Below, one piece after another: positions 1 through 7,861 of a stretch of DNA of 42,758 nt. The stretch is from Gemmatimonadales bacterium. Lineage in GTDB: Bacteria > Gemmatimonadota > Gemmatimonadetes > Gemmatimonadales > GWC2-71-9. Location: the NCBI GenBank assembly GCA_035718325.1, contig DASTHG010000021.1, positions 1 through 42,758 of the forward strand, read 5' to 3'. The notes beneath the pieces are model-generated. The model did not search any database, had not been told where the DNA came from, and saw nothing but the letters and a program-made list of their open reading frames with translations. The translations under genes and the position numbers were made by a program. Position 1 is the stretch's first letter, and the number at the start of each line of letters is the position of its first letter.

Positions 1-1
1 C

Positions 2-448
2 CTGGCGGACGCGCTTCCCGCATTCCTGCTACTGATAACGCTTGCCGCCCTGCTGCTCGCCTGGCAGTGGCACGTCCGCATCGCGCAGCGTCCGCTCGGG
101 GCGCCCCTCGGTCCCTTCCGCGCCTTCCGGTTCGGCGATCACTGGGTGTGGGGGCTCGTGCTGGCGTTCGTCGTGTGGGCACTGCCCAGGCTCGCCGCGT
201 TGAAGTGGATCGCCGTGAACATCGGCATCGTGCTGGGCGCGTTCTATGTGGTGCGCGGCGCTGCGGTGGTCGTGGCGATCGCGACTGCCGTCGGCGTGCC
301 GGGATGGCTGCTCGCGACCGGTGCGGTCGTCGCCGGCCTCCTGTTCGTGCCGCTTCTCGTATTCGTCCCCGGCCTCTGGACGCTGGGGGTGTTCGATACC
401 TGGCTGGCGTTCCGCCAGCGCCGGTTCAGCCGGTCTCCAACACCGTAA
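2..448 (+). CDS. integral membrane protein, 3' part only (5' end outside window); possibly DUF2232/YybS-like
   Basis: Frame 2 is open from the window edge to TAA 446-448. The translation is a run of hydrophobic helices (WVWGLVLAFVVWAL, IAVNIGIVLGAFYVV, LLATGAVVAGLLFVPLLVFVPGLW). The family guess rests only on its position directly upstream of rplI. Confidence 0.5.
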   Translation: MADALPAFLLLITLAALLLAWQWHVRIAQRPLGAPLGPFRAFRFGDHWVWGLVLAFVVWALPRLAALKWIAVNIGIVLGAFYVVRGAAVVVAIATAVGVPGWLLATGAVVAGLLFVPLLVFVPGLWTLGVFDTWLAFRQRRFSRSPTP

Positions 449-459
449 AGGGCTCGACG

Positions 460-903
460 ATGGAAATCATTCTGCGCGAAGCCGTGCCGCACCTCGGCAG
501 TGCCGGCGACGTCGTCAAGGTCAAAGATGGCTACGCCCGCAATTACCTCCTCCCCAAGGGGCTGGCGTATCCGGCCACCGAGGGCAACAAGAAACGCATC
601 GCGTTCGAGTCGGAGCGCCTGGCCAAGCAGCGCGCGTCCGAAAAGCAGGCCGCGGAAGCGGAGGCCACACGCCTGGCGGGAGTGTCGCTCTCGTTCCCGA
701 TGAAGGTCGGGGAGGAAGAGAAGCTGTACGGCTCGGTGACGGCGGGCGACATTCAGCGTCGCCTCGAAGAACAGGGCATCCACGTCGACAAGCGCAAAGT
801 CGACCTCCCCGAGCCGATCCGCGCGCTCGGCGAGTTTACCGTCGGCATCAAGCTCCACCCCGACGTGCGGCCCGAGATCACAGTCGTAGTCGTCAAGGAG
901 TGA
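460..903 (+). CDS. rplI: 50S ribosomal protein L9 (bL9)
   Basis: ATG 460, 147 aa. MEIILREAVPHLGSAGDVVKVKDGYARNYLLPKGLA is the canonical bL9 N-terminal domain. It is followed by a long helix and a C-terminal domain (LYGSVTAGDI...GIKLHPDV). The longer ORF from 67 is an Arg-rich shadow. Confidence 0.95.
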   Translation: MEIILREAVPHLGSAGDVVKVKDGYARNYLLPKGLAYPATEGNKKRIAFESERLAKQRASEKQAAEAEATRLAGVSLSFPMKVGEEEKLYGSVTAGDIQRRLEEQGIHVDKRKVDLPEPIRALGEFTVGIKLHPDVRPEITVVVVKE

Positions 904-913
904 CGGACCGGCC

Positions 914-2713
914 GTGACGGTCGGCATCGCGTACGTCGACGGTCCCCGGTTGCGCCGCTCGCTGCTCGCGGCGGCCGATTGGGTGGCCGCGGGGCGCGAC
1001 GAGCTGAATCGCATCAATGTCTTTCCGGTGCCCGACGGCGATACGGGCACGAACATGTGCCTCACGTTGCGCGCCGTGGCGCATGCCCTGCGCGACCTCG
1101 GCGACGCGCCGCTCCCCACCGTCACGTCCGCGATGGCCCAGGCGAGTGTGCGCGGCGCGCGCGGCAACTCGGGCCTGATGCTGTCGCAGTTCCTGCTCGG
1201 CCTGCAGGAAGGACTGGGCGCCGCCCCCCAGGCGACCAGCGCCGATCTCGCCCGGGCGATCCGCGCCGGGTTCGACCACCTGCTCTCCTCGATCGACCAA
1301 CCCGTCGAAGGCACGATTCTCACGGTCGCCCGCGACGTCGCCGACGAAGCGGACCGCGCCGCCGCCGAGCCCGACGTCGGCGTGTTCGTGCGGCGACTCG
1401 TGGCGCGCGCCGAGGCGTCGCTCGCCCGCACTCCCGAGCTGCTCGAGTCGCTGAAGCGCGCCGGCGTGGTCGATGCCGGCGCGAAGGGCTTCGTGCGGTT
1501 CCTCGACGGCGTGAAGCGTCTTATAGAAGAAGGCACGCTGGCCCAGGGCGCCGTCGACCGCGTCGACACGAGCGACGCCGCGGCGCGCACCGAAGTGGCT
1601 GCAGAGCGCGACTTCCGTTTCTGTACCGAGGTGCTGGTGCGCGGCCGCACACTGCCGGCGGTGGCGGACGTACGCCACGCGTTGCGCCAGCTCGGCGGCT
1701 CGATCGTCGTGCTCCAATCGGGCGACCTCCTCAAGGCGCACGTGCACACCGACACGCCGGAGGAAGTTTTCGCACTGGGAGCTTCCTGGGGGACGGTCGA
1801 GCAGAAGAAAGCCGAGGACATGCGGGCGCAGCACCGGGCGCTCCAGGCGAAGCGGGCCGTCACCTTCGTGACGGACACGGCGTGCGACCTTCCCGATTCC
1901 GTGGTCTTCGAGCATGGGGTGGGACTCGTCCCCACCCAGTTGATCATCGGCGACCGCGCCTATCGTGATCGCCTCGAGATGACCCCGGCGGAGTTCTTCG
2001 CGCGGCTGCGCGCGGGGGACGACGCCACCACATCGCAGCCGACGCCCGAGGCCTTTCGGGAAGCGTTCACCGACGCGCTGCGCACGGCGGAGCGCGTCGT
2101 GGCGGTCGTGCTCTCCAAGGCCCTGTCGGGGACCTACACGAGCGCCGAGCGGGAGAGCCGCACAGTGGGCGAGGGCCGGGTACTGCTGGTCGACAGCCGC
2201 GGGGCGTCGCTGACCGAGGGCATGCTGGTGCTGCGTGGCCTCGATCTTGCCCGCGAAGGATGGGCACCGGAGGCGATCGCACGCGAGCTGGTGCGCGTGC
2301 GCGACCAGTCGGGCGGATTCTTCACGGCCGACAATCTCGAGCGTCTGATTCGTTCGGGTCGGGTCGGCCGGCTCGCCGGCTGGCTGGGGACGAAGCTGAA
2401 CGTGAAGCCGATCATCGCGCTGACCAGGGACGGCCGGGCCGAGCCCGTGGCGCGGGCGCGGGGGCGCGAGGCGGCCCGGATCCGGATCCTGCGCCTGCTG
2501 GACACGGTGCTGACCCCGCGCCCCGCCTTGCTACGGCTCGGCGTCGCACACGGCGACATTCCGGAATTCGCGGCGGAGCTACGCGATGCGCTGCAACGAC
2601 GCTATGCTCCTAAGGAGCTGCTCGTCAGTCCCATTACGCCGGTGATCGCTGCCCACGCGGGGATCGGCGCGTGGGGCGTATTCTATCAGGTGGAGGACGG
2701 AACAAAGCGGTGA
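914..2713 (+). CDS. Dak2/DhaL-like kinase domain fused to a DegV (fatty-acid-binding) domain
   Basis: GTG 914, 10 nt after the rplI stop. The N-terminal half has Dak2 hallmarks (LNRINVFPVPDGDTGTNM, ARGNSGLMLSQF, GVVDAGAKGF). The C-terminal half from about nt 1855 is DegV-like (VTFVTDTACDLP, TTSQPTPEAF, LSKALSGTYTSA, LNVKPIIALT, PVIAAHAGIGAWGV). Confidence 0.85.
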   Translation: MTVGIAYVDGPRLRRSLLAAADWVAAGRDELNRINVFPVPDGDTGTNMCLTLRAVAHALRDLGDAPLPTVTSAMAQASVRGARGNSGLMLSQFLLGLQEGLGAAPQATSADLARAIRAGFDHLLSSIDQPVEGTILTVARDVADEADRAAAEPDVGVFVRRLVARAEASLARTPELLESLKRAGVVDAGAKGFVRFLDGVKRLIEEGTLAQGAVDRVDTSDAAARTEVAAERDFRFCTEVLVRGRTLPAVADVRHALRQLGGSIVVLQSGDLLKAHVHTDTPEEVFALGASWGTVEQKKAEDMRAQHRALQAKRAVTFVTDTACDLPDSVVFEHGVGLVPTQLIIGDRAYRDRLEMTPAEFFARLRAGDDATTSQPTPEAFREAFTDALRTAERVVAVVLSKALSGTYTSAERESRTVGEGRVLLVDSRGASLTEGMLVLRGLDLAREGWAPEAIARELVRVRDQSGGFFTADNLERLIRSGRVGRLAGWLGTKLNVKPIIALTRDGRAEPVARARGREAARIRILRLLDTVLTPRPALLRLGVAHGDIPEFAAELRDALQRRYAPKELLVSPITPVIAAHAGIGAWGVFYQVEDGTKR

Positions 2714-2723
2714 AGCGCGCGCT

Positions 2724-3110
2724 ATGAATAGAAGCCGGAGCCGGTCCCCGCGCGGCGGCCCGCGGCACCATCCCGAGGGTTTGCAACGCATTTCGAGCGC
2801 GTTAGCGGACCGGAAAGCCGTGGATCCGGTGATTCTCGACTTGCGCGGGCTGTCCGAAGCAACCGACTATTTCGTTATCGCCTCCGGCACCTCCGACACG
2901 CACGTCCGGGGCATGGCCGAGCACTTGATGGAGCGGGTGCACCCCCATCACGTGGAAGGCCTGCCGCAGGGGCGCTGGGTATTGCTCGATTACGTCGACG
3001 TCGTCGTGCATCTTTTTCATCCGGAGCTGCGGGAGTTTTACCAGCTCGAGCGGCTGTGGGGAGATGCCCCACCCGTCGCGCCGGGAGAAGTCGGAACCTT
3101 CGGGGTTTAG
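2724..3110 (+). CDS. rsfS: ribosome silencing factor RsfS (iojap family)
   Basis: DRKAVDPVILDLRGLSEATDYFVIASGTSDTHVRGMAEHL ... WVLLDYVDVVVHLFHPELREFYQLERLWGDAP matches the RsfS core. The start is uncertain: ATG 2724 adds an Arg/Ser-rich extension, and TTG 2781 is an alternative. Confidence 0.85.
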   Translation: MNRSRSRSPRGGPRHHPEGLQRISSALADRKAVDPVILDLRGLSEATDYFVIASGTSDTHVRGMAEHLMERVHPHHVEGLPQGRWVLLDYVDVVVHLFHPELREFYQLERLWGDAPPVAPGEVGTFGV

Positions 3111-3122
3111 CAGGGAGAAAGG

Positions 3123-6100
3123 ATGGAGCGGGCAATGCGGCAATTCAGAGTGCTCGGGGCGGCGGTCGTCGGTGCGGCGGCGCTCCTCGTGGCGCGCCCG
3201 GCAGCGGGTCAGTACTTCGGGCAGAACAAGGTGCAGTATCGCTCCTTCCCCTTTAAGGTCATCCAGACCGAGCATTTCGAAGTCTACTTCTACGACGAAG
3301 AACGGGCGGCGGCGCTCGACGCCGCACGCATGGCCGAGCGCGCCTATGCGCGGCTGTCGCGCGTGTTGCACCACAAGTTTCAGGCGCGCAAACCGATCAT
3401 TCTGTACGCCTCGCACACCGACTTCGAGCAGACCAACGCCATCGAGGGCGACCTGGGCGAAGGCACGGGCGGCGTCACGGAGTTCTTCAAACACCGCATG
3501 GTGCTGCCGTTCACGGGCTCCTATACCGACCTCGAGCACGTGTTGCAGCACGAGATGGTGCACCAGTTCCAGTACGATGTCTTTTCCCGCGGCCACATCG
3601 GGGGTGGCGTCCAGACACTGGTGAACGTGAACCCGCCGCTCTGGTTCATGGAGGGCATGGCGGAGTATCTGTCGCTCGGGCCGATCGATCCGCACACGGC
3701 GATGTGGCTGCGCGACGCCTCGCTCGAGGGCAACCTCCCCACGATCGAGCAGTTGACCTACGACCCACGCGTCTTCCCGTACCACTTTGGCCACGCGCTC
3801 TGGTCCTACATCGGCGAGAAGTGGGGCGACGAGGTCATCGGGGAGATCCTGCAATCGACGACGACGTCCGGCGTCGAGGGGGCGTTCAAGCGCGCCCTCG
3901 GCCTGTCGCTCGACGATCTCTCCAACGAGTGGCGTGACGCTGTCCAGACGACATTCCTGCCGCAGCTGGGCGATCATTATCGCGCGCGCCGCATCGCGCA
4001 GCCGCTGCTCACCGAAAAGCGCACCGGCGGCGGCTACCATCTCTCCCCCGCCCTCACCCCCGACGGCCGCGAAGTCGCGTTCTTCGGCGAGCGCAATTCA
4101 TTCTTCATCGACCTCTATCTCGCTGACGCCGAGTCGGGACGCACGCTGCGGCGCATGGTGAAGTCCACCATCAACTCGAACTACGAGAGCCTGCGGTTCG
4201 TCAATTCGTCCGGGTCGTTCTCCCCCGACGGGCGCTATTTCGCGATCGCCGCCAAGCGCAAGCAGCACGAGGATCTGGTGATCCTCGACGTGCGCCGTGG
4301 CCGCGAAGAGCGGCGCATTCAGGTGCCGCTCAACGGCATCGAGACCCCGGCGTGGTCTCCTGACGGCCAACAGATCGTGTTCGTCGGATTCGACGGCGGC
4401 CTGTCCGACCTGTTCGTGATCAACCGCGACGGCACCGGGTTGCACCGGCTCACACACGACAAGTACGCCGACCTGCTCCCCGCCTGGTCTCCCGACGGCA
4501 AGACGATCGCGTTCACCACCGACCGCGGCGGCACGACCGACTTCGATCAGCTGCGCTTCGGGAACATGCGGCTGGCGCTCTACCACCTGGACGGCGGCAC
4601 CATCGAGATGCTGCCGCACATGGACGAGGGCAAGAACGTCAACCCCGCCTGGGCGCCCGACGGCCGGTCGATCGCGTTCGTGTCCGACCGGACCGGGATC
4701 AGCAACCTGTACCTCTACGATCTCAATGAGAACGCGGTCTACCAGTTGACCGACGTCTTCACCGGCGTCTCGGGGATCACACCGATCTCCCCTGCCCTCT
4801 CCTGGGCCCGCCAGGCCGACCGCCTCGCGTTCGCCTACTACGAGAACGGCGAGTACAACGTCTATTCGGTCGACAATCCGCGTTCGCTCAAGCGCCAGCC
4901 GTATCAGGACCGGCCGGCCCCGGGCCCCGTCATGCTGCTCGCCGCCGGCGCGTCCAAACACGACACCACCAGCCTGGCGGTGCTGCGCCGCGATTCCGCT
5001 CCCTCGACCGCAACGACCGCGGCCACGCCAGTGCCCAGCGGCTCGGGCGGCGCCGTGTCGGTGTATCGCCCGCCGTCGGGAGGCTTCCGCCCGTCGAGCG
5101 GGGCACCCGAGCCGGCGGATTCGTCGGCGGTGGGTCCCGCGCCGGTGTCGGTCCGCACGCTGCTCGACTCGGCGACGTTGTCGCTGCCCGATACGACCGA
5201 GTTTTCGGTGCGTCCGTATAGCGTCCGCTTCACGCCCGACTATACGGCGCGCCCCACGATCGGGTATGCGCGCGACAACTTTGGACGCGGCTTCTTCGGC
5301 GGCGCGGCGGTCTCGCTGTCCGACATGCTCGGCGACCACACGCTGCAATTCGCCGGAGCCGTGAACGGCCGGATCAGTGAGGCGCAGATCTTCGCGGCCT
5401 ACATCAATCAGCGCAACCGCCTGAACTGGGGCGTGGGCGGGTCGCAGACACCGTACTACTTCTTCCAGCCGAGCACGATCAGTGTGCAGCAGCTCGACAC
5501 CGTCGGCGACAGCGCCGTCGTCTCGAGCCTCAACTTGCAGCGCTACGTGGTGCGCGACCTGTTTGCGGAATCCTATTATCCATTCAGCCGCTTCAGCCGC
5601 GTCGAGCTCGGCGTCCACGGCGTGAATCTCGATATCGCCACCCTCTCGTTCAACGACTATTACGACCTCAACAGTGGGTTGTACGAGTTCTCAACTCAGA
5701 CTACCACCAACCACCGCTCGCTCGCCTACGTCCAACCGAGCATCGCCCTGGTGCACGACAACGCGATTTTCGGCTACGTCGGGCCGTTTGCCGGATCGCG
5801 ATCGCGCTTTGGGATCTCCCCCGCGTTCGGCAGCAAGCAGTTCACCACCTACACGGGGGACTACCGTCGTTATCTGTTCGCGCGGCCGTTCACGCTCGCC
5901 ATCCGAGGGTTGGTCTACGGCAACACCGGGCGGGACGCCAACCTGTTCCCGATCTACCTGGGCAGCACCGAGCTGATTCGCGGATACACGTCGGGCTCCA
6001 TCTTCAACCACGAGTGCGCCACCGCCGCCTCCGTCGATCCGCAGAGCCTCACCGGCTGCGACGCGCTCGACCGCCTGATCGGCACGCGCATCGCCGTCGC

Positions 6101-6404
6101 CAATGTCGAGCTGCGCTTCCCGCTCACCCGCAGCCTGGTGCTCGGCTTCCTGCCCGTCGGGCTGCCGCCGATCGAGGGCGCGCTGTTCTACGACGCCGGC
6201 GTCGCCTGGAATTCGGGGGACGTGTTGCACTGGCGTATCAATCCGTCGGCGGGTCCCACCGACAAAGGCCTGCTCCGTAGCTACGGCGGTGCCATCCGCG
6301 TGAACCTGCTCGGCTTCGTCATCCTGCGTTTCGACGTGACCAAGCCGTTGGACCGCGTGTATAACAAGGCGTATTGGACGGTCAGTCTCGGTCCAACGTT
6401 CTAA
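3123..6404 (+). CDS. secreted multidomain protein: gluzincin (peptidase MA-like) domain + TolB/PD40 beta-propeller repeats + Omp85-type beta-barrel
   Basis: Signal peptide MRQFRVLGAAVVGAAALLVARPAAGQ. HEMVH at nt 3549-3563, followed by a downstream EGMAEY. Repeated PD40 motifs (FSPDGRYFAIA, WSPDGQQIVFVG, WSPDGKTIAFTTDR, WAPDGRSIAFVSDR). A Pro/Ser/Thr-rich linker. The C-terminus looks like an Omp85 barrel (IAVANVELRFPL, GALFYDAGVAW, ending ...VSLGPTF). Confidence 0.8.
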   Translation: MERAMRQFRVLGAAVVGAAALLVARPAAGQYFGQNKVQYRSFPFKVIQTEHFEVYFYDEERAAALDAARMAERAYARLSRVLHHKFQARKPIILYASHTDFEQTNAIEGDLGEGTGGVTEFFKHRMVLPFTGSYTDLEHVLQHEMVHQFQYDVFSRGHIGGGVQTLVNVNPPLWFMEGMAEYLSLGPIDPHTAMWLRDASLEGNLPTIEQLTYDPRVFPYHFGHALWSYIGEKWGDEVIGEILQSTTTSGVEGAFKRALGLSLDDLSNEWRDAVQTTFLPQLGDHYRARRIAQPLLTEKRTGGGYHLSPALTPDGREVAFFGERNSFFIDLYLADAESGRTLRRMVKSTINSNYESLRFVNSSGSFSPDGRYFAIAAKRKQHEDLVILDVRRGREERRIQVPLNGIETPAWSPDGQQIVFVGFDGGLSDLFVINRDGTGLHRLTHDKYADLLPAWSPDGKTIAFTTDRGGTTDFDQLRFGNMRLALYHLDGGTIEMLPHMDEGKNVNPAWAPDGRSIAFVSDRTGISNLYLYDLNENAVYQLTDVFTGVSGITPISPALSWARQADRLAFAYYENGEYNVYSVDNPRSLKRQPYQDRPAPGPVMLLAAGASKHDTTSLAVLRRDSAPSTATTAATPVPSGSGGAVSVYRPPSGGFRPSSGAPEPADSSAVGPAPVSVRTLLDSATLSLPDTTEFSVRPYSVRFTPDYTARPTIGYARDNFGRGFFGGAAVSLSDMLGDHTLQFAGAVNGRISEAQIFAAYINQRNRLNWGVGGSQTPYYFFQPSTISVQQLDTVGDSAVVSSLNLQRYVVRDLFAESYYPFSRFSRVELGVHGVNLDIATLSFNDYYDLNSGLYEFSTQTTTNHRSLAYVQPSIALVHDNAIFGYVGPFAGSRSRFGISPAFGSKQFTTYTGDYRRYLFARPFTLAIRGLVYGNTGRDANLFPIYLGSTELIRGYTSGSIFNHECATAASVDPQSLTGCDALDRLIGTRIAVANVELRFPLTRSLVLGFLPVGLPPIEGALFYDAGVAWNSGDVLHWRINPSAGPTDKGLLRSYGGAIRVNLLGFVILRFDVTKPLDRVYNKAYWTVSLGPTF

Positions 6405-6430
6405 CTCCGCGTCATTGCACCACTTGCATT

Positions 6431-6468
6431 GGCCTCGCCGCATTTTTATCTTGCGGCGAGGCCATTTT
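6431..6468 (+). terminator. intrinsic terminator-like hairpin downstream of the Omp85-chimera gene
   Basis: Perfect 12-bp GC-rich stem GGCCTCGCCGCA (6431-6442) / TGCGGCGAGGCC (6452-6463) with a 9-nt loop TTTTTATCT, followed by ATTTTGG. It begins 27 nt after the TAA at 6402-6404. Confidence 0.55.
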
Positions 6469-7861
6469 GGTACCTATTCGGTCCCTCCTGCCCCTCGTGG
6501 TCACGGTGCTCTGGGGTTGTCAATCTCGAGCGCCGGGTGCAGCGTCTTCACAATCGGTTGCCAATTCTGCAGTTAAGGGCCAAATCGGCCCCTCCGGTCG
6601 CGGCGCCGCGTTTGCCATTCGCGTCTCGACCGGTGGCGGGACGCCGCTGCTCTATCGCCTCCCCGCCCTGTCCCCGCTCCCCAACGCGCTACGGGGGAAA
6701 CTGCCTCCCATCGAGCGGGTCATCGGCGTCGATCCCGAGGCGGCGCAGCTGTTCGTGCGCACCGCCAAGCGAGTGATACTCGCCTACGATCTCGAAAGCG
6801 GCCGGGTGGACTCCGTCGTGGCCGACGTGCAGCTCTCGACCCTCGGCCCCGACGGCACGCTCTACGCCGTCGACTCGAAGCACCGCGTGACGACGCTGTC
6901 GCGCCGCGTGCGGCTCATGTGGCCCCACCCGCTGGACGGCGATCCCGCCGATCTGTTCGGCGCGACGAACGAGCGTCTCGTCGCCACCGTCGGGGGCGGG
7001 AAGCCCACGCTCATCGTCGCTGCGGCGGACCAGCCGCAGGCCTCACGCCCGCTCCCCGCCGAAGGCGACGTAGCGGCGAGTCGGTGGGGCGACCTCGTGG
7101 CGGTGGCGAGCGATTCCGGTGTGACGCTGCTCGATCCGCTGGGGCGGCGCGACGCGGCCTTCATCTCGATCTCGGACCATCCGCGTGCGCTGCTGTTCTC
7201 TCCGTCCGGGCATCGCGTGTACGTCGGCAGCCGCTCGGGACTCGGGCTCCGCGTCATCGACCGCTACTCGCTGCGCGAAATCGACGGCGTGGCGTTGCCG
7301 ACGCCCGCCGCGGCACTGCGACTCGATCCGCTGGGGCAGTGGCTCTTGGCGCGGCCGACGGTGGGCGACACGGTGTGGGTGGTGAACCTCCCGATCAAGC
7401 AGCTGGTGGGCGGCCTCCCCACGGCCTGGCTCGGCGACTTGCCGACGATCGCGCCCGACGGATCGCTGCTGCTGCGCAGCGGCGACGACATCGCCGCCGT
7501 GCGCCCCGATTCACTCAAGGAAGTGGGTCGCATCACGAACGCGGCGAGCGATCTGTGGGTGGCGACGAGCTGGGCCCCACGCGGCGCCACGACGCCGAGC
7601 GCCGCCGCCGTGGCGGCGAGCGACTCGGGTGCCGGGGAGGGCCCGCTCTACGTGCAGGTGTCGGTGTCGCGCAACGCCACCTGGTCGCAGCAGATGGCCG
7701 ACGAGCTGACGCGTGCCGGATTGGCCGCCAAGGTGCTGCCGCCCGCGACGGCCGATGAAGGCTTTCGCGTAGTGCTCGGCCCCTACAACACGCGCGAGCA
7801 GGCCGAAGGTATCGGCAAGAAGCTCGGGCGCCCCTACTGGATCTACCACCCCGGTCAGTGA
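6467..7861 (+). CDS. lipoprotein with beta-propeller-like repeats and a C-terminal SPOR (septal peptidoglycan-binding) domain
   Basis: A TTG 6467 start gives a lipoprotein-type signal peptide (VPIRSLLPLVVTVLWGC). The C-terminal about 70 aa, LYVQVSVSRNATWSQQMADELTRAGLAAKVLPP...GFRVVLGPYNTREQAEGIGKKLG, is SPOR-like. The start is uncertain: ATG 6374 would overlap the upstream gene by 31 nt and run through the hairpin. Confidence 0.7.
   Translation: MVPIRSLLPLVVTVLWGCQSRAPGAASSQSVANSAVKGQIGPSGRGAAFAIRVSTGGGTPLLYRLPALSPLPNALRGKLPPIERVIGVDPEAAQLFVRTAKRVILAYDLESGRVDSVVADVQLSTLGPDGTLYAVDSKHRVTTLSRRVRLMWPHPLDGDPADLFGATNERLVATVGGGKPTLIVAAADQPQASRPLPAEGDVAASRWGDLVAVASDSGVTLLDPLGRRDAAFISISDHPRALLFSPSGHRVYVGSRSGLGLRVIDRYSLREIDGVALPTPAAALRLDPLGQWLLARPTVGDTVWVVNLPIKQLVGGLPTAWLGDLPTIAPDGSLLLRSGDDIAAVRPDSLKEVGRITNAASDLWVATSWAPRGATTPSAAAVAASDSGAGEGPLYVQVSVSRNATWSQQMADELTRAGLAAKVLPPATADEGFRVVLGPYNTREQAEGIGKKLGRPYWIYHPGQ

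Noticed and set aside
244-1947. 567-aa ORF on the minus strand, opposite rplI and the Dak2-DegV gene.
   Set aside because: Arg/Ala/Ser/Pro-rich low-complexity translation with no recognisable motif. It is antisense to genes with clear homology-type motifs, so it is a typical shadow ORF of a high-G+C sequence.
6374-6466. ATG 6374 as the start of the SPOR lipoprotein.
   Set aside because: It would overlap the upstream gene by 31 nt and place a perfect 12-bp hairpin plus T-tract inside coding sequence. It would also add a 31-residue non-signal extension before the lipobox-type signal peptide. It is kept only as an alternative.
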